Source of the DNA: Jimgerdemannia flammicorona
Lineage: Eukaryota
Length of the DNA stretch: 38,004 nucleotides
NCBI GenBank assembly: GCA_003990765.1
Contig: RBNJ01000171.1
Span: 1-38,004 of the forward strand
Direction of reading: 5' to 3'
Shown: positions 23,072-33,808 of the stretch, piece by piece
Layout of the letters: every line of letters begins with the position of its first letter
Position numbering within the stretch: the first letter of the stretch is position 1
Made by a program: the position numbers and the translations under genes
The notes under the pieces: generated by a model
The model's database searches: none
What the model was told of the DNA's origin: nothing
The model's input: the letters and a program-made list of their open reading frames with translations, nothing else

Positions 23072-24275
23072 TTATCTAGCTTATATGCTCTACACAAGGA
23101 CCAACTGATTGTACTTTGCCACAAATATGACCTTTCAATCAAGGGTCAAAAGGTGGTCTTGGTTATATGCCTTGATACTAATTAACCACACTCAGATCCA
23201 TTGGTCTCAGAGCCTTTAAGGTAGGCTCTTATATTTCTTCCCAACAGTCAAGCTATGTACTGATCAAATAGCTAATTTCCATACTCACCACTCATCTTAA
23301 TGGACCACTAGTCTTAGCTCCAATGTCTATTAGTACCAATATTATCTTCTCCCCCATCCCACTACTAGGTCCACTATCAGCAATTCTCCCTCTTCTACTG
23401 CTACCAATCTCATTACCCTTGCAATTTTCTTTATCACCTACCTCTCTTTATGATGAGCTATCTATTCCTCCATTTGTTTCTGATATAGTCTTATATTGAG
23501 ATTAGATACTACCAGAGCTGTTGACTTTACTCAAATCTGGTGAATAACAAATTTTGATTGAGTGGATGGATAATGCTCTTCTGTCTTATTTGAGCAACCA
23601 GAAGAAACCAGATACTTACCTGTCAGACTGTGACCTCAATTTACCACTTTGGCTAGAGGCTATATTTAATATTTATGGTATATTATTATCACTAAGTATT
23701 ATCTAAGCTACTTTCTACACTACTTATACTATACAGCTCCTCTTTTTTTTTTATAGTCACTTACTATATAGCTCCTCATACACATCATCTTCATTATCAA
23801 GGCCATCAACAATTGGTATGATTGGGCTACTCTTCAGTATTTTGACTGGCAGATCTGCACATTAAAGACTTCTTTCACAGAACTTAACATTGGTAATCCA
23901 GACACAGTTTGGCATATATTTGAGACAATCACTGGCCAGCTTATATCTGTACTGCTTATCTATTAACCTATATATCAGCTTATCTATACAGCCTTCTCTC
24001 CTATAGATAACCTCAAGATAACCTTATCTCATCCTTTTTTATACTTTTGGTATGAGGTACAGGGGTATATATTGACTACCTACACCCAAACCCCACTTTC
24101 ACAACTCACATTTTCCATTAAACCCAATGATACTATTGCTACTGATGGTGCTGCCAGCTCTATCTGTCATAGCTACAATAGTATTAGCTACTGTGGTAAT
24201 TGTAATAGTTCTCATATTTATCTCTTCTGTTATAGCTTGCATCTAGGTATAGAATGTATTACTCACTACAGCTAA
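23072..24275 (+). pseudogene. Ngaro ORF1 (gag-like) remnant with an N-terminal SAP-like motif and a C-terminal Cys/His finger
   Basis: LSSLYALHKDQLIVLCHKYDLSIKGQKVVLVICL at 23072-23176; ICHSYN..YCGNCNSSHIYLFCYSLHLGIEC near 24160-24260. Confidence 0.65.
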
Positions 24276-24319
24276 GCTTGTCCCTCCATTAGTATCTCAT
24301 TCTCTCACAAGCTCTTATC

Positions 24320-25850
24320 ATCTCACTGAGTGGATAGATGCTCTTCATTTTCATTCCAATCAGTCTCTTGTTCAGTACTACTTAATGGGCCTCCACTGAG
24401 ACTATCTTTATAGCAATCACTCCTATTCTGAGCTCTGCATTGATTACATCTCTAACAATCTGACTTTAGCATTTAGTTACCAAGATGTTCTTACTATGAA
24501 TATCTTTATAAAACTGCAAGTGGGCCATTATCTAGGCCACTTTTCATCTCTCTTGGTCTTATCATCCAAGTTTCACCCCTTTTGCAATACTTCTTTGGAT
24601 GTTATACCAAAGAAAAGCTCTACAAAATTTCATATAATTTAACACCTGTTCTTCCTCAAAGGGGCCTCAGTCAATGATGGCATTAATCCTGAGGAGTTTT
24701 TGATTTAGTATCAGTCTGTTCAGTTCATCATTCAGCTGCTTTTAGAGATAGATCCCACCATACTCTTTTGGAAGACAGACATCACCAAAGCTATCTACAC
24801 TATTCCAGTCTATCAGTCCAACTGGGCCTTGTAAGGCATTTGCTGGCTTGGTCTCTTTTTCCTAGATATATATATATCTCTCATTTAGCCTTCACTCTGC
24901 ACTATTCATATTTACATTACTTATGGACTTATTCACATGGATCTGCATTCACCTGTATCACCTTCCGAATTTGGGCCATTTTGTAGATGATTTTATCTAC
25001 ATTACATTGCCCTCTACTGCATTTTCCACTTATGTAAGATTCCATACCATTACTACTCAGTTTGGTCTCCCTCTTAAGAAGGCTAAGGACATTCTGTCTA
25101 CACCTACAATAGAGTATGTGGGCTTCCTTCTTAATGCTCTGAACATGACCATTAGCCTTCTTACTGACAAATGTACATACATTCTCTCTCTGCTAGCCAA
25201 TTGGCTTTTACTATTACATTATTATTATCATTCTTGCCCTCATTCCTGGTCTTACCACAAAGCTCAATCTCTCTCAGACCATCTTATGCACATTGTATAA
25301 GTCCTTTCCAAAGGGAAAGTATTCTGTGATTCTGTTATTTAGTTTACATCTGCTTTAAAACTGCTCTATGTAGGACATTATTATATATCTTTCTATATAG
25401 TTACCAATTTTCAATGATAATAAGATGTCTTATGCTCATGGACAGATTATTGCCTGTTTTTCCACTTCAAGTGATTGGACTGTAGTCTATATACAGACAC
25501 ATCTGGGACCAATAGCACCAGTGGCCTCTTTGGCCAATACTAGTGGAGTATTCAGTGGACCCTATTGTTTTGTTGGTAGAATAGCTATGAAATTTTCTGA
25601 AAGAAGATGTTTGCTATTTGGGTCTTGCTATTGCTATAGGCTTTCTTCTTTCAGCATCAAGATATTATTTTATAGTACAATAGACAACCCTATATTGAGT
25701 CTTTAACTAGTGGTCAGACTTAGCACCATCTCCTTATTAATGATCTTTTACATTGTATTATTATCTTATATCTCAATATAGATTTCAACATCCAAGCTCA
25801 TTATATTCCTTCTGTCTCTAACTCTACCAATTCTCTTTTTCATCTTCTTT
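24320..25850 (+). pseudogene. Ngaro reverse transcriptase and RNase H remnant
   Basis: SLDVIPKKSSTKFHII*HL..GASVNDGI, WKTDITKAIYTIPV, HFVDDFIYI, IEYVGFLLN; RNase H motifs YTDTSG and IQAHYIPSVSN. Confidence 0.88.
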
Positions 25851-25949
25851 ATCTCCCTACTCACTCTTAGAAATCTCTTCCTTCATCAGTTATATCTCTC
25901 TTTGGCTTTGCTATCAATTTGTATCCTGTCTCTATCAGTACTCTCACAC

Positions 25950-26830
25950 CTGGACTGATAAGCTCTGACCTAGCACTAACTCTTTCTACCATTTTCTAAG
26001 GATCTGTGGTATTACTGATGTCAACATATTCCCTCTTCATAATGACCTTCTCAGTTACTGGCTTATGACTGGCTAATGATTGGAAAATATATACCACTAT
26101 CAAGAACTACTTCTATAATATTGCTGCTTATCAATTGGCTTGCTAGTAGAGCCTTTCTCTCCTTTGTGCATCTTTACCCTCATTCAACCTGGTTTTGAAA
26201 TCAATTCAAAGCCACCCCCCCACATCCTTTTGCTCTCTTGAGTACTGCCCAGTTACTTATCAACTACAATCTATCTATACTGCTCTTCTCCTCGAAACAC
26301 CATTTGATACTATGATTTGGGCAGCCATATATACAGTATTCTTCAGCCTCATATAGATTGGTGAATTGACATCTTCTGATAGTACTTCACTTCTTTCACC
26401 CTGGCTGGCTCACTGGTACTATCTTCAGTGGTACTGGGACTCTATACTCTCTTGGCCATTTTGGTCTCTACATCTACCTTGGACCAAAACTGGCATCTCT
26501 GATGATGTGTTTTTGGATTATTCTGGTGCCTTTGATTATCTCTGTTCAGCAATTGATAATATAGTTTATATCTGTCCCTCTGATCTTGATGACTCAGTTT
26601 TCTGCATTGATCTCTTTCAGCCTTTATATTACTCAATGTTCATCAATACTATTTGGGGTCTATTAGCTGATATCTTTTTGGCTACTGGTATTTATGGCCA
26701 CTTCTTTCACATTGGTGGCATCACTCTTCTCACATCTGCAGGTTACCCAGATCATATTATTCAACTTGCTGATCATTGGAAGTCTATGGCTTCCTGTATT
26801 ACATTTGGCAGCTTGATCACATTTTGCCTC
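25950..26830 (+). pseudogene. Ngaro tyrosine recombinase remnant
   Basis: IWAAIYTVFFSLI*IGELT (eroded LRxGE), LPWTKT, and GHFFHIGGITLLTSAGYPDHIIQLADHWKS (eroded GHSFRIGGAT...GRWKS). Confidence 0.9.
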
Positions 26831-28229
26831 AGATGGCAGCAACTCTAGCAACACTGCTCCTATCCGATTTTCAACAGGCTGTGGGTTTGGTCAGTAGTGG
26901 TCCAAAGGTGCTCACAAGTGGTCAGTAGTACTAATACTATGTTTAGGTGTCTCACTCACTTCCCAGGCCTGTGGTATTGATCCCTTCACATATATATATA
27001 TAAATGACAGACCTTGAAAAGCCCAAATCCATATCTGGTCTTTTTGTATTCTGGTTTTTACTTAATATTTTCAATTACTCCTTTTTACTATACTTTCATT
27101 TATTTTATAATCCACACACCATACATTTACTCTACATACTCTGTAAACCCTCATATGCAAGACACTTTGATAGAGTTATGAATGAAGTTCAAACTACAGC
27201 AAAGTGGCACAAACCATGCAATATTCATTTAAGTAATGCAGTCTTACAATTTACCCTAGTAATATTTTTTTCAGTAGTACAGTTATATAATTTACTCTAG
27301 CTCAGTTTCACTTATAGTCTTAGCCTCTCTTTTAGTCTAATTTAGTCTATTTTAAGTATGCCAGTTTCAGTCTAATTTAGTCCAGTTTCAAGTATGCCAG
27401 CAGCCATAATACACTTCCTTCCTTTAGTATTCATTGCTTTACCTTCAAGCATACTCTTCATTACACAGACATTACTATTGTATTTTTGTATCTTCAATCA
27501 ATTTTTACACATCTCTCTCACCCATCTCTTTTGGAATAAATAGATATTAGCTTCTTCATATATATATATAAATAGTGGACCTTGAAAAGCCCAAACCCAT
27601 ATCTGGTCTTTTTGTATTCTAGTTTTTGCTTAATATTTTCAATTACTCCTTTTCACTATACTTTTATTTATTTTACAATCCACACACACTATATATTTAC
27701 TCTACACACTCTGCAAACCATCATGTGTAAGATACTTTATAAATATATATAATATATATTACTTACCTATAATTTATTTTTTCAGTAAATTCTTAAAAAA
27801 GTGATTTTTATATTTTGAAGAGATAAAATTTATATTATACATATAATAGTTGTTCTATTTATATACTTTACTTCTTCTTTTTTTTTAATTTTTTTTTTTT
27901 TTTGATAAAAGCTCAAGTATTTTAATTTCTCATAATAATTTTTTTTTTTTGCTTTTTATAAGTACTGTAAACTTTATTCTATTAGATTCTATATATAGCA
28001 AATTGTCTACATACTAAATTGGTAGCAATTATTCTATATAAAGAAGATACAGACCAGTAATCTCAAGAGAGACTATTAACTAATATCTTTCTTCCATCTC
28101 ACCCCCTGGTTATCTAATAATAAGTAGCTCTAACTTTCTAGTATAATATCTTGTACTCTCTTTAGGATACTCAATTAATTCTACTTTCTATAGTACTAGT
28201 ACCCCTATATCACTTCTTAGAGTAGCTAT

Positions 28230-28304
28230 TATTGGAATGACAACTTGATATATCAATATATAACTTATGCAACTTCAATAAAGTGTCTCTCTTTTTTTAC
28301 AATA
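28230..28304 (+). repeat. Copia 5' LTR (internally shortened)
   Basis: tattggaatgacaact...aataaagtgtctctctttttttacaata matches both ends of the 3' LTR; TG..CA termini eroded to TA..TA. Confidence 0.8.
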
Positions 28305-28524
28305 AAGGTTATGAGCTCTACTAGTACTGAGCAGTAATAGTATATAAATATATCTCTTTAAAATATACTATACTAGAAATATCTGATAAATAGCCTAGCA
28401 ATATGAGTACAGAAATAGATATATCAATCATAAGTATTTCTACAGATGTAACCACAATAACAACTGTAACAGGTATAGGAAATATAGTCTCAATTATAAG
28501 CATAAATATAGCCAAGAGGTCTAT

Positions 28525-29691
28525 AGCTCCTTTTTCTACTATATATCTCACTGGTTACAAGATTTGGTAAGCAATCTTCTAAGTCTACTTTCTACATCTA
28601 ATACTTTCTCTATCTTGAGTTGGTTTGCTGTATCTATTGCAGAGTTGTAGGAGGGAGGCAATGGTGATGGATTACCTCTTTATCAGTATTGAATCAGTGT
28701 CTTCTTTATTTTTTCACAGTTTCTAATATCTTTGGCTATATCTAGAGTATACTTGTTTTGATATAATACCTTCTTCCTTTTGCCATCATTAATAAGATAT
28801 AATCTGATATATTATAGACTATATATGGAGTTGGTCAACCTTGGATATTAAGTGCCAGTATAGGTTATCTGCAGGTCCTTGGTATCTGTGGTTGGACTAT
28901 CTTAGCTTTGGTAAGCTTTTCAGCAAGCACAGTTCTAGTATAGGTAATTGCTTTTCAGGTAGAGCCAGGATAGGAGGGGAGATAGCTATTACAGATAAGT
29001 AGAAGAGCAATTATGGTAGACTAGTAGAGTGTTAGGCTGAGAGTAGTTATTGAGACTGAGGTGAGTACTGCTTCAGTGGGGCATTTTGATTTGTATGGGA
29101 CAGTTAGATAATAGGTGGCACTTTTAGCTGCTTTTGGCAATTCATAGAGTTGGGCCCCAGTTATTGGGGGTGCCTGGGGGGCCTGAGGCTACCTAGGTCA
29201 GATATCTTAGCTATACTCAACTAAAACTGAGAGCTGATATAGTAATATGTTTAAGGTCTATAGACTTGAGTAGTGGGATATTGGAGTCTTCTCTTGCCTT
29301 ATATATAAGTTCTCTACTTATCTTACTTGGGAGACCAGGCTCTATCTATCATTCTATGCTTTGAGGAGGGTTTTTTCTTTACCTATCATTCCACTTGAGA
29401 TGGTAGAGACTATTTTATTTGGCTTAAGCATGGTCTTGTACATATGTTGGGTTTTGGATATATGCTTTTAGTTATTGATATAACACTGAGTTCCCTCTGA
29501 TAGTAGAGAGAGCATAGTGTACAGAATAAGATACAGACCATATAGGCCCTACTGTACTTAGTATAGTTGAGCTACTAGACAATTGCTAGCCTAGGTTTAA
29601 TGAAGGAGTAGTGCTCAGTAGGTAGTGGGGGAGGGTTTTGGCCTATATAGTCTAGGTCCTATTTCAATAAAAATCCACAGAACTCTGAGTC

Positions 29692-29731
<40 letters not shown>
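28525..29731 (+). mobile_element. Poly(A)-tailed retroposed insertion (5'-truncated LINE or other retrocopy) inside Copia gag
   Basis: 17-bp TSD atagccaagaggtctat at 28508-28524 and 29732-29748; AATAAA at 29666; 37-nt poly(A) at 29695-29731. Removing it restores the gag frame (..AKRSISIFNRKDYMI*VFHITNLLEKYDL). Confidence 0.92.
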
Positions 29732-29734
<3 letters not shown>

Positions 29735-31445
29735 GCCAAGAGGTCTATCTCAATCTTTAATAGGAAAGATTATATGATCTGAGTATTCCATATAACAAAT
29801 CTTCTTGAAAAATATGACTTGGCAGAGTATACAAAACCACAAGTACTGATTTCAGATTACAATAGTAAAAATAATATTTGAGTATTACACAAGATTGCAT
29901 TCATACTATCTAACTCTCAAATGAAGCTTATAATATATATATCAACTGCTCATAAGGCCTGAGAAACTCTATGCAATCATTATATGCAAATATCTATATC
30001 AAATTAATTCCACTTGAAATCTCAACTATTTAATCTATAGATAAAGCCAAAGAAGGCCATTTACAAATATGATAGTTGTATCAATAATCTGGTAAATCAG
30101 GTGAACTTGCTAATTATATTAACACAATATATAAGCAATGAAGACAAGGTCTTAGCTCTTATAAAGAACCTCTCCAAGAGATATCACAACATAGTGGTAG
30201 CTATGTAAGAGAGTAGTAAACTTATAGATTATCCTCATGTCATAACAAGCCTCATGAATGAGGAAATGTACCAAGAAAACAGTACTGATGATGATAAAAA
30301 TACATTCTACAGATCACACAGACATAGTTGGTAGATTTGGTAGATTTGATAAATTTGACAGTAAAACTGTAATCTATATATATTGCTTGCATAAAGAATA
30401 TCAGTTTCAGTAGTGTTGGTATTATTACATTTCTCTTTGCTATAATAACTCTTTCTGCTATCTCTATATTGCCAATGCTAGCTTTCATGTTGTTGCTTAT
30501 TTTTACCACTCTTCTTATCATTTTCCCAGTGATAACAGTTGTACTTCCTGTATCTATACTTGCTATAATATTCACAGTAACCATTATACTTGATTGATTG
30601 GCTGCTATCACATTGATTTTGGATTTGGGTTTATTGATCTTATTGTCTATACTTTTGATCTCATTTGGCAATTAAGCAATCTATCATCTATAAATTCCAG
30701 TCAACAGTCATACACTTTTCACTTAATGAAAAGTATTAATAATATCAATACTGCCAGTAGTAAAAATGCCAATAAAGAGAGTAATCCTGGCTATATATAT
30801 ATCTAGTGAATGTACTATAAATATAGCCAATGATAATAATGTCTGAGTAATGGATTCTAAAGCTATATAATATATGATACTCAATAGAAAATAGTTCTCT
30901 ATATATGAGCCTTTCAAATATTTTGTACCTAATAAACTAGGAGACAACAATATCATTTATACTCAAGAAAAGGAAAATGTCAGAATATATCTCCAAGGCA
31001 ATATTGTCAAACTCACTAGCATCTTCCTAGATATACTATATACTCCAGAAATTGGTAAGAATCTCTTTTTGATGAGAAAAATAATATCTCACCGCAACAA
31101 AGAGATATATATATATATAGAAGACACTATAGTATATAATTCATATAATAATGAGCTAATGATAGCCTTAACATATAGTAATCTTTACATGATCAATGAG
31201 ATGCTAAATAGTATGAAAGTCTCTATATATATAATAATTACATCTGATATGTCCAATATATAGCATCAATGTTTAGGATATATCAGTAAGATGAACCTTA
31301 AATATCTGATAAGGAGTAAATCTATTAGTAAATTACCACTGAATATATATCTCAGAAACAATTTTTTCTGTAAGAATTGTATAGCAAAAAAAGGTATCTC
31401 AGCAACTATTCAAAGAATGGTTAAAGTATATATCTGGGATCCTTG

Positions 31446-31483
<38 letters not shown>

Positions 31484-32078
31484 TCAATATATACCATTTT
31501 ACTCTGAGAAGAAGTATTTTATCATATTTATCAATAATTATATATATAAGATATATATATACTTTCTATTAGCAAAGAACAAAGTACTGGAGAAATTTAA
31601 AGAATTCAAAGCAATTGCTGAAAATGAAACAGGATATAGAATATATGCTATACAATCAGACAACAGATGTGAATATATCAATGATATATTCAGACAATTC
31701 TTAAAAAATATATATATATATAATAACAAATAACAGCTCTCTATATGACTTAGCAAAATGATATAACTGGGTGATTTAACTATATAGTCATAGAAATAGC
31801 TTATATAATAATTAATACAGTAAGATTGAGATCTCCTATTGGGCTGAAGTAATCAATATAGTAATATATATTGTGACGTATGCAATTGACAATGGAGTAC
31901 CAGTGACTGCTAAGATCAGATGACATAATGGCATGACAATCAAATAGACAGCCTGACCCATTAGGTGATCATCCCAAAAGAAGACAAGATGATCCAAGCC
32001 AAAATGAAGACCATGTTATTTAAGAAACCATACTCTACCTCAGGGATTGGCACCAAAGAACCAAGTATCCACTACATA

Positions 32079-33065
32079 ATGCCTCCCATTCGCCGAACCA
32101 ACCAGACCTCCCGCCACTCTACCCCTTTGTCTGGCCCAAAGATCCTGATCTTTGAAGCTATCAAGAAGGCCATCTGGCGCCCAGATACTTCCGAACACTT
32201 GAACTTCTACACTAAGGACCTTGGACACTTCATCAACTACCGGTATATAATGACCCAACAGCTCAAAGACACTACCAAACGAATGACCCTCTGGCATGAC
32301 TATGAAATCAGACACCACCTTTATAATGAGACTCAAGAAGACAACCGGGAAGGCCTCATTACTGAATTGATAACCACTAGCCAGCTAATCAAGAGAGCCC
32401 TCCGTGTCCACCAAATCTTCCACCATATTCCCTGGGCCATAGCACACTTGTAAGGAGTAATGGCTGGCAGCCTCTCCTACCTTTCAACTGAAGATGCTGA
32501 CTGGATAGAATCTGAAGTAGCCAACTCTATTGGCAGCAACTGCGTTGCCGTAGGAAGCCAACAAACCAAACCTACTCAATCAGGTTTCCACACCACCCCA
32601 CTCCGAGACAACCATCAAGGTCACCTAATGAGTCTTATGGAGATATTTGAAGGACCGCCCATTACCATAGAAGCATCTGTTGGAGCTACCCCTACCACCT
32701 ACCACCCTGTCAGCCACAATTCACATCTCATCATTTGGGAACCGAATCAAGAAGGAGCCCAAGAGGTCCCTGTCTTTGAAGAAGAAGCCCAAGAACTCCA
32801 AGACCCTGCCCCTGAAGAAATCCCCTCTGACACTGAAACTGATGAGTCTTCAGAAGAAGAAGAGGAGCAACAGAGAGTCTACCAGTCCTCTGTCCGCATT
32901 CAAGCTGTTCAAGGGTTGGAGAATGTTGTTGAAGATGACTGGCCACTTTTCTACCCCCTCACCTCTTGGCCGGTGCTTCCCCCTTTTGAGGAGAGGTATG
33001 ATGAAGAAGAAATCTTAACCCAGCAAGGTTTGCCCGCCACAGATGAAGAGTACTATTTCCTCTAG
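32079..33065 (+). CDS. Unknown protein encoded within the putative solo LTR; two in-frame ORFs separated by a single TAA (32451-32453); acidic C-terminus
   Basis: ORFs 31965-32453 and 32460-33065 are in the same frame (CAC TTG TAA GGA GTA ATG). The start could be the ATG at 31989, 32004 or 32079. No recognisable gag/pol motif. Confidence 0.6.
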
Positions 33066-33105
33066 AAGCACCACCCATCAGCCATGAGAATTGTGCAGCC
33101 TTCAT

Positions 33106-33240
33106 GTCAGCAAGTCAGCAAGTCCATTTCCAGCATTGCTATCCAGTGCAACTGTTTTCAGCATTTTGTCAGCAAGTCCATTTCCAGCATTGCTATCCAG
33201 TGCAACCATTTTCAGCGTTTTGTCAGCAAGTCAGCAACAC
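33106..33240. repeat. 54-bp tandem repeats in the putative U3 region
   Basis: gtcagcaagtccatttccagcattgctatccagtgcaac occurs twice, plus partial copies. Confidence 0.9.
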
Positions 33241-33504
33241 TCGTTTTCAGTGTTGCCACCCTTTACAACCGTTTCTGGCAACAATTAGCACTCCTGTCTG
33301 CTCATCCGAATCCAGCATTGCTATCCCCTACAACCTAATCCATAGTAAACAATAGCCTGCACCTCGCATCGTACAAGCCAATAGCAAAGCAGAGTTTGCC
33401 ACAATATAGTATACCTTAGCCTTAGTCACACCCCCCCCCATAGCTAGCAAACTTGTATAAATAACCCATATTCTTAGAGTGAATAAACCTCAGTCAGTTC
33501 TAGT

Positions 33505-33808
33505 TTACAAAGAAACCACTGTCTCCAAGAGACCGGAAAATTCTGAGAACAAGATAACAACCTAGAGCAACGGATCGCTCAGAAGTTTGAGTTAAGAAAT
33601 TTCTCTTGCCGCCCGAATTTCAAGTTTTGCTGCCATGAAAAGGATTCAAGACCACAGACTACCCACAAGTCAGTCAGTTTGTATTTAAAAGTAAAAAGGA
33701 TTACAAAGAAACCACTGCCTCCAAGAGACCGGATAAATTCTGAGAACAAGATAACAACCTAGAGCAACGGATCGCTCAGAAGTTTGAGTTAAAGAATTTT
33801 CTCTTACC
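33505..33808. repeat. ~110-bp direct duplication in the putative R/U5 region (33505-33610 and 33700-33808)
   Basis: ttacaaagaaaccactg.ctccaagagaccgga..ttctgagaacaagataacaacctagagcaacggatcgctcagaagtttgagttaa occurs twice. Confidence 0.92.

Larger units (their letters stand above)
22633..27741 (+). mobile_element. Complete but heavily mutated Ngaro-type (DIRS-order) tyrosine-recombinase retrotransposon with split direct repeats A1-ORFs-B1-A2-B2
   Basis: A1 22633-22976 matches A2 27170-27512, and B1 26984-27172 matches B2 27554-27741. Internal gag, RT, RNase H and YR remnants are present in that order. Confidence 0.93.

Noticed and set aside
30252..30956. Minus-strand ORFs suggesting a fourth nested insertion
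   Set aside because: The plus strand continues as Copia gag (eroded CCHC knuckle at ~30375-30420) into the protease, and no TSD or termini were seen.
32451..32462. TAAGGAG-taATG looks like a bacterial Shine-Dalgarno/operon junction
   Set aside because: The context is a eukaryotic TE and both ORFs are in the same frame; a premature stop in one ORF is the simpler explanation.
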